Shown: in pieces, positions 51,897 through 64,000 of the stretch | How positions within the stretch are numbered: position 1 is the stretch's first letter | Layout of the letters: every line of letters starts with the position of its first letter | From: Takakia lepidozioides | Lineage: Eukaryota; Plantae; Bryophyta | NCBI GenBank assembly: GCA_030704615.1 | Contig: CM060734.1 | Span: forward strand, 1,860,001-1,924,000 | Length of the DNA: 64,000 nucleotides | Direction: 5' to 3' | Program-made: the position numbers and the translations under genes | Notes under the pieces: generated by a model | Database searches by the model: none | Seen by the model: the letters and a program-made list of their open reading frames with translations, nothing else | What the model was told of the DNA's origin: nothing

Positions 51897-52288
51897 CTCG
51901 GACCCTCACCCGGGTCAGACCCTCGTATGGACTACAGTGGATCGTTAATGTTGAAGACAAAGTTGGACGTTGAAATATCTCATTGCTCAACATTACATGT
52001 TGCCGCGGGGAGTTTCGGAGGCTTTACAACCATGCCTATACCCCACCATCACAGCAGAAGCTGCAAACCTTCTTCTTCACTCATTTGGGCCTTGAGAGTA
52101 TGACTAATTACATTGATATCCTTCAGTTTGACGCTATGGTAGACCCTATTTCTTTTGGCATACAATATTTGCATCTCGTTACAAGTACTATGAATATAGA
52201 AGTGGTGTATCTTAAAGTTCGACATCGCAGTCTTGGGCGCGATAATGGTCGATGGAGGGCAAGAGAGCCGCTCCTCATTCTAAACACG
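51897..52288 (+). repeat. Dispersed duplication, copy 2
   Basis: See 43000-43376. Confidence 0.95.
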
Positions 52289-53394
52289 AATTGCACTACT
52301 TCACTAGTGATATACATCGACTGTGGGTTGGGAACCAGGCACTCGTAGTGGTTGCAGTGACTTGGGGGCTACGGCTTGTGGTTCATACATGTGCAATATT
52401 ATTTCTACTGTCTCCGAATAACACACAACACAATCCCCATCAACCACTGATCATCCCATTGCGGATGTGATTGAGACTAGAGAACATACAGGGCATCCCA
52501 TCAAAGCATGAAAAGAAATAAACATGATGAAGAACACGTGACATTGTATTAAGACAATACCTCAAAACCGTCCCATACTTTGCACAAACTCATGAGTCCG
52601 TAACGACCATGCTTAGAACTTTAAAAAAAAAACTGTTGCATATGGAGAGAGCACCTAACTTGCTATTCTCCAGATTATACATAATGCAGCCCTAGCTTGC
52701 ATGATGTCTTCACCTCTTTCCTAGGCTAGCACAAGCTGCATTCAAAAGATATAAGAGGAAAACCTGTTCAGAATCACCCTTCCAAATATTTGGCCTCGAC
52801 ATACTTCTACATACACCCATAGCGAGCATATCAGTGTTCATTTTACTCCGAGACCACATCTGTTTTAGGCATACTGCAGGTCAACATATGAGCATATGTT
52901 ATACTCCCACATTTGGCATGCATGTTTAATGTGAAAGATAATACCCCCTTCCACCAGTCTGAAGTCCAACAAACTATGATTCAACCCTACCATTTTGCAT
53001 GATTCAGAACTTCCATACAAACCTCTACACGTAAAAAGGAGAAGTCTCCTTCAGATGACATGCTTCTTGCTACATTTTGAGAAGGAAATCACCGTCTGCA
53101 CATGATATGAGAATTAACTATATCAACCTGTTGTATCCCTGCCTGGAACTCCATAGTGTACATGGACTTAGAATTATAACCAGACTCTGCTCTCACAGCA
53201 GCTACCTGTGTTTCACCCACAGACAGTTAGACATTAAACAAAATTAGTCCACTATAAAGGGATTAGAAAACTGAAGTCAAAAGGACCATGCTTAGCAATG
53301 TTGTTAGGCCTACCTGACTATACACATCTGTCATATGGGATGACGACTTGAGCTCCAACCATGCCAAAACTTTAGAATCCATTTAGCTTTTCAC

Positions 53395-53720
53395 CCATGT
53401 CAGGCATATCCTGCAATCATTGAGTTCCATGACACCCCATCATCTCGTTAGCCATATTCTCAAAGACCCCTTTGCATCCTCAATGCTCCCATGTTTGGCA
53501 CACATTTTCATCAGTTCAAAATGACATGTGGAATGATTCCAACTTTGACGATGTCACCATGGAGCTCTTTTCCTTTTCCCACGTATGCCAAGCTTGCACA
53601 TGCATTGCAAGAGAGAGACATAAGAACTGCTGAACTGCCTCCTTCCTTCCATCTGGTACAATTCCAGCTTTGATGATGTCACCATAGACCTCTTGCCATT
53701 TTGCAGGGCTGCCAGGCCAC
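53395..53720 (-). pseudogene. Degenerate PPR fragment
   Basis: Minus strand reads …QEVYGDIIKAGIVP…AKHGSIEDAK..FENMANE..VSWNSMIAGYA-stop-HG. Confidence 0.75.
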
Positions 53721-55199
53721 ACGTTCTGAAATACCCAATCCGTACTTGACTAGGTCTTCCACACACAATCAGGTTAGTGCTCCATACAATTCTATCTTCC
53801 ATATCAACTTTATGTTTCTGTCATATTTCTTGGTTCATCTTTATTAATCACAAGAAGCTGTTGATGAATACGTGAAGATTTGGAATGGACATCGAGTTCG
53901 CACGATTAATGAAAACGGTCGATATCGTCGATCACATGTTCCTGCTCGTTTCTTTCGCGAGTATGAACGTTTGCATGGGTAAGCTCATGGTTTTCTCTTG
54001 TTTGTACTTTCATTGTTAAGCTACAATTTACATTGAAATGTTATTCTAATGTGGTGATGTGTTTAATCATGTAGATGGACCAGCCACCTTATTGATGACC
54101 CACGATTTAGGGAAGACCCCCAGCACATTGGTAACCAAGACTTGGGGCCTCGTGGGAATCAAAGGTGGCGATGTGCAGGTGGTTTGCATGACCTTCCCAC
54201 CAAAGGAGCTGAACTCATTCTTGACATGGTTCGTGTCCGTGCACAAGCTTATGAAATTGGAAAGGTTGGGAAGGATTCGATCTCTTGTTTTCATCTCCAC
54301 TACTACATGTCTCGGTATTGTGGTTTGGCAACGCATGAACATAGATATTTTGATCAATTGGACCTCATTGGTAATACCGTGTTAAGTAGGGAAGCTCTCC
54401 AACTTTTAATTACACAAGCTCTTGTATGTAATTGTGATTAAGTGAACAAGTGGGACAATCACATTCAAAGATAATTGTTTTATGTCATGTACTTTGAGGA
54501 TTTATGTTAAATAAATGTCATCTTTTCCCTTCATCATATCCATTGTCCATATTGAACCATACACCCTAAACCATTATCATCTCCCAACCATACTACTTGG
54601 GGGCAGGGCCTGGGTTGCACGATCTCTGGAGGGTTGTGAAATTGTTGGGTTTCATTGGGAAGTGCACAACGTGAGGCTCATGAGGCCACCTTTTATCTCC
54701 AACAATCTTTGTCTGCCCCACATATGAGACAATGATGACCAACTTGCCTCATTTTCAAGAACCCTCTATTCATAATCTAAGAATTTTGCATACAGTAATA
54801 AAAATCTGAATATACACTCATGGAGACACGAATATTCAACCAGGACTTATAGCTGCACCCTTGTCTCTTATATGCCATGTAGCTTGAGTTTCAAATCTGA
54901 TAACTTGTGTTCTGTTGATTGGAGTCATGGTTTCTCTACCTGCTATATAGCTTCCATAGCCACCGAGAGGTCTATCTCTCTAGGTTCTGGAACACTCCTG
55001 TAGCCTGTACAACCACAAAGTAGGATTTTTTTGCTTCCATGTAACATTTGTTTTTCTCACATAAGTGGTCAACAACCTTACACTTGGCATGATGATGATA
55101 GGTATGACAGGTATGATGATGAATGGTATCACTTGGCATGATAGGTTAGGAGTCTACTTTGAGATGCCCAAGTCAAGTTTCAACCTCTACTGAATGGAC

Positions 55200-55965
55200 G
55201 CCCTTTGCGTAGGTGTAGCGGTATAGCGCTTGATTACAACGGAACTTAGTTAGTTTTGGTAAATTAGTCTATATGCAGGTAGAGGTATTGTCATTGGGTA
55301 CTAGCCCTGTTTGGTATACTCACAGAGGTACAACGCTTGATTCCAAAGAAACTTAGTCAAAACTAGACTATATGTAGATAAGGGTATCGTTATGAGGTAG
55401 TTTCCCTGTTTGGTATACCTACAGAGGTATAGCGTTTGATTTACAAATAAATTTGATGTCAAAAACAGTGTATATTTATGTAGAGATATTGTCATGAGGT
55501 AGTAGCCCTGATTAGTATACCGACAGAGGTATAACACTTGATTGACAAAGAAACTTAGTTATATATACTAGTAGAGGTATCGTCATTAGGTTGTAGCCCT
55601 GTTTGATATATCTACAGAGGTATAGTATTTCATTTTACAAGAAAAGTTGGCCAAATTAATCTATATTTATGCAGAGGTATCGTCATGAGACAGTAGCCCT
55701 GTTTAGTATACCACCAGAGATATAGCGCCTGACTTACAAAGAAACTTGGTCAAATCAGCCTATATGCAGGTTGAGGTATCGTTATGAGGTAGTTGCCCTG
55801 TTTAGTATACCTACAGAGGTATAACGCATGATAGACAAAGAAACTCAAGATAAATCAGGTTGTATTCATGTAGAGGTATCGTTAAGAGGTAATAGTCCTG
55901 TTTGGTTTACCTACAGAGATATAGTGTCTGGAAGACAAAGAAACCTAAGATAATTCAGTCTATAT
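55200..55965. repeat. Diverged tandem minisatellite, about 100-bp unit, about 7-8 copies; partial copy at 56720-56840
   Basis: Core AGAGGTATCGTCATGAGGTAGTAGCCCTGTTTGGTATACCTACAGAGGTATAGCG…ACAAAGAAACTT recurs at about 55281, 55381, 55482, 55573, 55673, 55772, 55872. Confidence 0.9.
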
Positions 55966-58377
55966 GCCCCTGGTTGCAGCTGAAAAATGACTTCCCGCAC
56001 AGCAAAAGCTCAGACATATCTGCATAAGACCATAGGAGTGCACACATGTTACCTTACCCACTTTCTTATTGCCAGTTGTGTAATGCTATGGATGTTTCTA
56101 AACCTTAATATGGCATCGGATAAACCCTAAAACATGTGTGAGATTTCACTAGCTTTCAAAGACAACAACATGGCATGACCAATTGATCAAAGAAGATAAT
56201 CTTGAACTGTGATACTTCTCATGTTTTGATATTTACAATGTAATAATGTCTTGAAGCTTTACAGAAATCATACGGCAGGTGGGCCTCTCTCCCACCCTCT
56301 CCCCCAAGACTAAAACATATTAGAGCACTTCATACAGCGCATAAGAAAGTAAAACTAGCTAGTAAATATTTTATAGTAGAGTACTCTACTTACCATATTA
56401 AATATGCAGTATAGCAGCATTCCATTAATGGGTGCAAGAAGATAGGGGACCGCAGCTATACCTCACTGTCAAAATCCTCATCCATTGATGACGTCTGTGC
56501 AAAAGTCACCAACAGCTGGAAATGTAACAATCGACAACAAAAATGGATTCCCATCCTTGGGCCACAACCAGATGGCACCTCTCCAAAGCCAACACAAACA
56601 AAAAGGGGCCAACGACACTTGCCCCAATGTTGCCCCCGTCTCTTTTCCTTCTTTGTTGAGCTCTCTTTTCGGCCAGGACGAACTTAAAGAGACATATTCC
56701 CAATCTCCCCTCCCTTTGACCCTGATTAGTATACCAACAGAGGTATAACGCTTGATTTACAAAGAAACTTATCTATATATGCTAGTAGAGGTATCGTCAT
56801 TATGTAGTGGTGATCCTCTTTGGTATACCTATAGAGGTTGGTGCATTTGTGAGTTGAGATCCATTAAACAATGGGAATTTTTGGAATTCCCTACACGTTG
56901 TGAGGAATTGACAGGGTTTTGTCACCAATGCTCAAGTGTCACACGGTCAGCAGTCTTCCATTGTGTGCTGGCTTAATTCTTCAGTAACCTACTTGAGCTC
57001 TAAACTTCTGAAAAAAACACCCGGATTGGCTTACTTGAGGTATACAATATGGCCACTTTAGAGATACGCTATACATGTGAGCATAAATGCTTGTCATTTT
57101 TCAGAGAGCGCCGGCAGTCTGAATGAAGATACTGTAACTATGATATGTAAGAAACGATAGTGGAACAAATTGACTAGCATTCTACCTGCATGAGGCACTC
57201 CATCGCCAAACAATGTTTGGGTTTCTTAGACTGGGGGTTACATTGTGACGCACTCCTGTGGTCGCAACAAACTTCTGCTTTCTCTTTCCTTCTTTCCCCT
57301 CTCGTTGACATAGAAAATTGAGAGAGGTTATGGTATGGGAGAAGAGAGAGGGGATGCAATTGACATCATGATGAGTTGAAGGGGGGAACAGAGGGAAGTG
57401 GTAAATTCGCAGAGAAGCACAGAGATCCCCGGGAGACTTACTTTTGTAGTTGTAGCGTGAAGTGAAAGCCAGGGTGGGTAGTATGGCTGTCGATGAGTTC
57501 AGGGCGAGTTATGCTAGTGAGACACCTTCCCTGAAATGCCTTTGTTGGTGTGTGTGCGATGTCTTTGTAATTCAACAGATATGGACCAAGAATTATCACT
57601 TGGCTTCACTCGCTGAAAAGAACACGAGAGAAGTCTCCTCCTTATGCTTCCATCACCAGGAAGTGAGTTGCTGACTTCCTTGGAGTTATTGAGAAACAAT
57701 GGTATCATCGATGAAAAGATTTCGATTCAATTTTGGCTGCTGTCATTATGGCGCGATCTCCTAAACTTCTAGCGCGTGTTCCGTTTGTTCGCTTTCAATA
57801 ATGGGCTTCATGGTGGTTATCTTTTTAGCTTCTTAACAGGCTTATTAGCATATTAATGGGCTTTCCATAATGGGCTCCATTCCCCTTCTAACATCTTCAA
57901 AATAACCATAATAACGGTAATTTGGTGTGTCAAGTTGTCCCTAACACCCATCCAAAATTATGTTATGTATTTCCATCTATTTCCACCCTTTTTATTTTGC
58001 CAACTTAACCTTAGGTGAGATTTCAACCCACAATGCAGATTTGTGCTTGCTGGTCTTGCATCGAGGAGATATGATGGAGCGGCATATTGTTGGCGAGACA
58101 GATGCAATTGTAAGTCCATTGCTATGCGAACTTCAGGAATTGACAAGGTCTTGTTTTGATTATGTTCTGGATGTAATGTTTGGGACTAAGCTTCGGGGGA
58201 TCCTTGCACTTCCTCTCTTTTCTCCTGGTCTGGTTTTCCTTCTTGTACTATTTTATCCTCATCTCTGCAGTTTTCTATACCTTTATCTTCTATGTATTGA
58301 CATTTGATTGAAATTGTAGACCAGCAAACCAGGAGAGCAAGGATGGTCTCTCTCCTTTCTAATCAGCATGTGTTTGG

Positions 58378-58880
58378 CAGTAATTACGACAACTTTTTGA
58401 CCCGGGACTGCCTTGCATATTCAAAGATTAAGCTAGCATTGAAACCTATCCTTACTTCCAGCGTGAATCATTGGTGAATTTCTACCAGAAGCATGGGATA
58501 GCTGTCACTGCCCACACGCCATTGGGTGGTGGGGTTGATAACACGGAATTTGTTGGGCACCGTTTCGTGTCTTGATGACGTTGTTCTTTAGGTTTGCATC
58601 TTCCCTAAGTGCTCCCTTATGAATTATTGACTTCAGTTGTGATTCACTACTCTATGTAAGGCGTGATCTCTCGCTTCCCTCTCTCTCTCACACACACTAT
58701 AAACACACTACATGGATTGCCAAGAAAGTACAACAAGACACCGGCACAAATTGCGATGCACTGGGGCATTGAGCACAAGACAATTGTCATTCCTAAGTCA
58801 GACAAGATGGAGAGATTGCAGTAGAACCTTGATGTCTTTGACTTTGAGTTGACCGATGATGACATCAAGCCCTTGACAAA
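58378..58880 (+). pseudogene. Aldo-keto reductase (mannose-6-P reductase / sorbitol-6-P dehydrogenase-like) C-terminal fragment with an intron
   Basis: SNYD.FLTRDCLAYSKIK…IETYPYFQRESLV.FYQKHGIAVTAHTPLGG…TVSCLDD; KYNKTPAQI..HWGI…VIPKS…NLDVFDFEL; stops present. Confidence 0.85.
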
Positions 58881-59612
58881 AGCCTGCGCACCAACAACCC
58901 TGAGAAATTTTTATCAATCTCTTCTGAGGATGAGTTTGACTGGTGGGTGTTGCTTACAATCTAAATATGTTTGCATGTTTCATCTGCACCTTGAGACACT
59001 AACCAATTTCATACTGCCAAGCCCTTATAGTGCCAATATATGGCTATGTACATATACCAAACATGATACCACTGTAAGAGTATCAACGTCTAAGAGTTGA
59101 TATATTAAACTCTCTATCAAACACACAGCCCAATTGCAACATGATACCTTTGTAAGGGTATCGAAACAAGATTATTTTTGATAATTCTCGAAATGAACAT
59201 GTCATTTGTTTTCTCTGGGGTTGTGTCATGGGGGCCAAATACTAGTGCCAGGGGACTACATGATGATGCAGGGGAAGCCATTCATCAATTGTCAGGTTTG
59301 AAATTGTCTGTTTCTTTCAGAACTAGCCATATTTCTTTTGCCAGTGAATCACAGGAAGCTGAAGCACTTCTGAGTAAGCCATCTGTCTCCCAAAGGGTCC
59401 CCAAAAAAATGAGATGGAGCTAGCCCTGGCATGCACATCAAACCCATTTAGCTCACAAGCAATTTAAGGAGGTTTGCATAAACATTTGGCCAAGGTTTGA
59501 GGGCTTTGGCTCATTCCAACAACAGTATTTACCAAAGCACATAACGTGCTTGTAATAACACTCGGGCTGCATGTGGGGTTCATGGGATGCTGAATGGAAG
59601 TTGAGGAATTTC

Positions 59613-59748
59613 AAAGGCTGGAGTGGGAATCGAGAGCATGAATGTTGAGTTTTGCAATAGTGATGAGATTATGGTTGTAGTGCAACGTTGTAGTGGGTTT
59701 GTTATTGGCAGCCCAACACTTGCAGGCCACATGCCCACTCCTATGAAG
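59613..59748 (+). pseudogene. Isolated exon fragment of a flavodiiron protein (FLV) flavodoxin domain
   Basis: KAGVGIESMNVEFCNSDEIMVVVQRCSGFVIGSPTLAGHMPTPMK then a GT donor; GFxIGSPTLxGH is the recalled FLV FMN-binding motif. Confidence 0.75.
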
Positions 59749-59799
59749 GTGTGACTGGTGATCTAGTGACCAGTCACTTAGTCAAAACCAACGATAATG

Positions 59800-62127
59800 G
59801 ATTGTGATGACAATATAGGGATCCGACATGCCAGCCTTGGCATTCCTGGCAAGGGATGTGCACGACGTAATCGCAGGTGCGGGAGGGCTTTTGTGTGTGG
59901 AAGGGGGCCGACAGCCAAGGTCACAAGCAGACGAGAATGATCCACCCTATATGTGTGATTGGGGATTTTGTTTTCCTCCACAATCTATCATGGTTGTTTG
60001 CAACCCTGTAACAGAGGACTATACATTCCTCCCGCCTTTATGAAAGCATTTGGAAAGCAAGGTACACTAGCTACATCCGTTCACTTAAACCTATTTATTG
60101 GCTTAAAATAAATTTGAATTGTGGAATGGCTTGAGGGGGGAGCGCGTCGATGGGGAGGCAAATGATATATTAGTCTGTTGTGTCTCCGCACATGTGTCGC
60201 ACACATGTTCAAGCACATGCAGGCAAAAGAGGGGTTTCAACCACATCCGTTCAATGGGTGCAATAGTCGTGCATGCATTGCAGGATTTCTTTTTCGCATT
60301 GAACAAAAACCAGATGACAAGTGAACGCCTCATTGGACAATCGAACGATTTTTGATTGATCTCGTATTACACTGGGACGTATCAGAGGGTACATTGAACA
60401 CACTGGCCAAGTTTCAATTTTTGGCGGGGGAGAAGCCGTGGGATGCTGGAAGCCGCAGAACAAAATCGATACGTGCCAAAAACCCCCACCGAAAGGCAGT
60501 GCAAACCTATTTATTGGCTTAAAATAAATTTGAATTGTGGAATGGCTTGAGGGGGGAGCGCGTCGATGGGGAGGCAAATGATATATTAGTCTGTTGTGTC
60601 TCCGCACATGTGTCGCACACATGTTCAAGCACATGCAGGCAAAAGAGGGGTTTCAACCACATCCGTTCAATGGGTGCAATAGCCGTGCATGCATTGCAGG
60701 ATTTCTTTTTCGCATTGAACAAAAACCAGATGACAAGTGAACGCCTCATTGGACAATCGAACGATTTTTATTGATCTCGTATTACACTGGGACGTATCGA
60801 GAGGGTACATTGAACACACTGGCCAAGTTTCAATTTTTGGCGGGGGAGTAGCCGTGGGATGCTGGAAGCCGCAGAACAAAATCGATACGTGCCAAAAACC
60901 CCCACCGAAAGGTAGTGCAAACCTATTTATTGGCTTAAAATAAATTTGAATTGTGGAATGGCTTGAGGGGGGAGCGCGTCGATGGGGATGCAAATGATAT
61001 ATTAGTCTGTTGTGTCTCCGCACATGTGTCGCACACATGTTCAAGCACATGCAGGCAAAAGAGGGGTTTCAACCACATCCGTTCAATGGGTGCAATAGCC
61101 GTGCATGCATTGCAGGATTTCTTTTTCGCATTGAACAAAAACCAGATGACAAGTGAACGCCTCATTGGACAATCGAACGATTTTTGATTGATCTCGTATT
61201 ACACTGGGACGTATCGAGAGGGTACATTGAACACACTGGCCAAGTTTCAATTTTTGGCGGGGGAGTAGCCGTGGGATGCTGGAAGCCGCAGAACAAAATC
61301 GATACGTGCCAAAAACCCCCACCGAAAGGCAGTGCAAACCTATTTATTGGCTTAAAATAAATTTGAATTGTGGAATGGCTTGAGGGGGGAGCGCGTCGAT
61401 GGGGAGGCAAATGATATATTAGTCTGTTGTGTCTCCGCACATGTGTCGCACACATGTTCAAGCACATGCAGGCAAAAAAGGGGTTTCAACCACATCCGTT
61501 CAATGGGTGCAATAGCCGTGCATGCATTGCAGGATTTCTTTTTCGCATTGAACAAAAACCAGATGACAAGTGAACGCCTCATTGGACAATCGAACGATTT
61601 TTGATTGATCTCGTATTACACTGGGACGTATCGAGAGGGTACATTGAACACACTGGCCAAGTTTCAATTTTTGGCGGGGGAGTAGCCGTGGGATGCTGGA
61701 AGCCGCAGAACAAAGTCTCGGACAACCTCTTCATCTTTCAGATCTTGGGTTGATATGTGATTGTCTTCAGACATATTTATTTTTGGGATAGTGGACATTT
61801 CAATTCTTTCCCTCTTCTTTCCTCTTTGGTTTCATTGCTATGCATCTTGCAATGTAAGTTTGCAACTCCATACATGATCAGTTTTGGCAGGTGGCTCGCA
61901 TGGATTTGAACCGCTCATGCGACAAAGGGTACACCATCACTGTTGTGGGGTACAACAACTCTCAGGTTTTGGCACGAGACAGGCCTGATGTCTTGGAGAT
62001 GGTGGTTGCCATCTATGACTCATGTGTAGCAAGAGGGGAGTGGGTGTATTGGCATGATACTAGTGGGTTGCGAACCAATAGTTGTGGACAAAGCTCGTTG
62101 GCACTTATCGATGGTTATTTGCATTAG
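59800..62127 (+). pseudogene. F-box-associated (beta-propeller-type) gene fragment, two exons
   Basis: AGAGGLLCV…MVVCNPVTEDYTFLPPL-stop; donor at about 60062, acceptor at 61890, then YTITVVG…AIYDS…GEW. Confidence 0.6.
60087..61714. repeat. Near-perfect tandem array, 416-417-bp unit, about 3.9 copies
   Basis: Units start AAACCTATTTATTGG at 60087, 60503, 60919 and 61336; near-identical ORFs recur in the ORF track. Confidence 0.98.
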
Positions 62128-62379
62128 GTGGACTTCGCAGATGTAGAGACACTTTCCAGCCTTCAGGTCATAAGTTTTCTGGATGACAATCGATTGTTTA
62201 TTGAAGCCCCACTCCTTCTGCAAGCACCGCTCAAGGCAAAGTTCCATGTAGACGTCAGGAGATCCTTGGAGCTATACAGCCAAGCAGCAACCACCAAGGC
62301 CATTAATTTGTTGGTGCATATTCACATCATTTAGGAGTTTTTGTGTCTCTAACAAGAACCCCCTGTCTGTCATAATCAT

Positions 62380-62790
62380 ACCTTGAGAAGTTCGGCATCA
62401 ACATAATTTGTTGCTAGCTACTAGTAGTGTCTAAGTTCCTGTTCTTGGGGATCCCATAGAGCAATACACCATGTCCAGTAGATAACAAATCACAGGAAGG
62501 CATATAACCTGATCCACTGTCAGGCTTACCCAACGTTGCCAACACTGACATCAACCAATGTCAAGAAGATATCCCCTACTCTGCTAGAAAGTTCGTCCTT
62601 CATATGTACAGCAGTTTGCGAAACAGAACATTTGTGAGAGGATCATCAATTACCTCAAGTGGGTCAGTTGATGCCAACACGAAGGACGAGTGAGCTCATA
62701 ATAAGCAGTTCGATGGACTCTTGAGGCTCCATAATCTGTTCACTTAGCCCTCCAACAGCAGAGTAACTCACATTCCTTGCGTCCTCGCAT
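62380..62790 (-). pseudogene. 26S proteasome AAA-ATPase RPT4-like fragment
   Basis: [26 protein letters not shown]…LRVGI resembles RPT4 [27 protein letters not shown]; decayed Walker A exon GVLLYG…DAELLK at about 62470-62382. Confidence 0.8.
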
Positions 62791-64000
62791 GGGCCTTGAG
62801 AACTAAAGAATGTTCGAAGTACATGCTCGAGGGGATTATCAAACATGATCTGCAAGTTTCTGGTTATACCTCAATCCCACCTCAATAACTCCTCGGACCA
62901 CAGATCTCTCTAGCTACACATACTTGACTTCAGAACTAGGTCCTAAGTACCACCCAGTCAGGAATTCCCAATGAGACGTTTAAACCATAGTACGATGTCC
63001 GATGATCTGCATGCCAAATTTCCTGCCATGAGCACCAAAAAGGTGTGTAGATTCATCCGACACTACTGTAAGTACATGGAGTGCCGTCAACTTTCTTCTA
63101 TGGTAAATGACATGTGAGGTAGCGTTGGTTGTGGATGCACCAAGTGATTTTGGTCAAAGCACATCACGTGCTCCACACATGAGGAGAGTGGTACTGATCC
63201 AACACAGGCAGTCTGAAAAGCCAAGCTAAAGCAACTGCGCTCTTCAGGTGGTGCTCAGTACACCGCAGGAACCAATATTCAGCAGGTATGAATTTTTCCT
63301 GGATTAAGATTTGATAATGTCCAATAGAGTGAGGGGAGAGAGATGGTGAGTGCAGAGTTAAGCCACATTTGCTTGAAGAATGGATGCTAACAATATGCCT
63401 TTATTGCATTTAGGTGAAGTGTTCCATTGTTATTTATTAAGGGAATGGTTGGGAAGCGTTGTAGATTTTGAGATGGTCATTTTTAACTCACAGTTGTGGG
63501 TATTTTGGACTTGCAGGCAGTGGGTAGAGTGGTGGATGAGCAGCACATGGAGAGAGGTCTGCACATGGAAGATCAATGTCAAGTCCATATCAGCCCCTAT
63601 GCCCAGTTATATTGCTTCCCCTTGTGCTCAATACCTCTACATTCTTTTGTACTGGAACCAAAGACTGATTGAAAAGCACATGGACAGAGGTCTGCACAGG
63701 AAGATCACTACCAAGTCCATATTAGCCCATACGCAAGTCACCACTTGTAGCAGACCTCTAACCTGCTTCATGACTGGTGATTCCCTTGTTCCTCAGATGT
63801 GGGAATCATGCAGAACATAATTCATCAACTAAGTTCTTTAAATCTTCCTCTTTGTTGCGGGATACTCAGATTGCAAACAACACGAGCAAAATGAAAACAC
63901 GGGGCTATGAAAAGAAGTAAGCAGATCGGATGGTCGTCCAGGACCATATTCAAATTCCAAAAGCTGCAAGAAATGGAAAACAACAAAATGCAGGTCAACT

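Noticed and set aside
55200-55965. CRISPR-like repeat/spacer appearance
   Set aside because: The variable segments are homologous to each other, the repeats are degenerate and the context is eukaryotic with no cas genes.
60103-61604. Recurrent 76-127-aa ORFs in the 416-bp array
   Set aside because: By-products of the tandem repeat on both strands with no recognisable domain.

Overview
Eukaryotic nuclear DNA from a land plant, most likely a non-angiosperm. It has short GT-AG introns, several PLS-class PPR-DYW genes and a flavodiiron-protein exon, a family absent from angiosperms. The most notable feature is a Ty3/Gypsy LTR retrotransposon (about 1-9543, 5' LTR outside the window). Its pol carries a DNMT3-like C5 cytosine methyltransferase domain, with motifs I-VI and VIII-X recognisable, between protease and reverse transcriptase, and its integrase ends in a PHD finger. 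A second, diverged fragment of the same methyltransferase lies at about 46010-46352, suggesting a family. A 5'-truncated non-LTR element with RNase H - CCHC - restriction-like endonuclease order (Dualen/RandI-like) lies at about 48140-50100. Host genes: a DUF3511 protein, a 6-exon HAD phosphatase, an intronless UTP11 and a 4-exon low-complexity protein with a C-terminal zinc finger. The rest is PPR-DYW pseudogenes, LINE pieces, a tRNA-derived SINE (2 copies), a MULE-type MITE, tandem arrays and a mosaic of gene fragments (aldo-keto reductase, flavodiiron, F-box-type, RPT4) at 58-63 kb. All calls come from manual motif reading; no database search was run.
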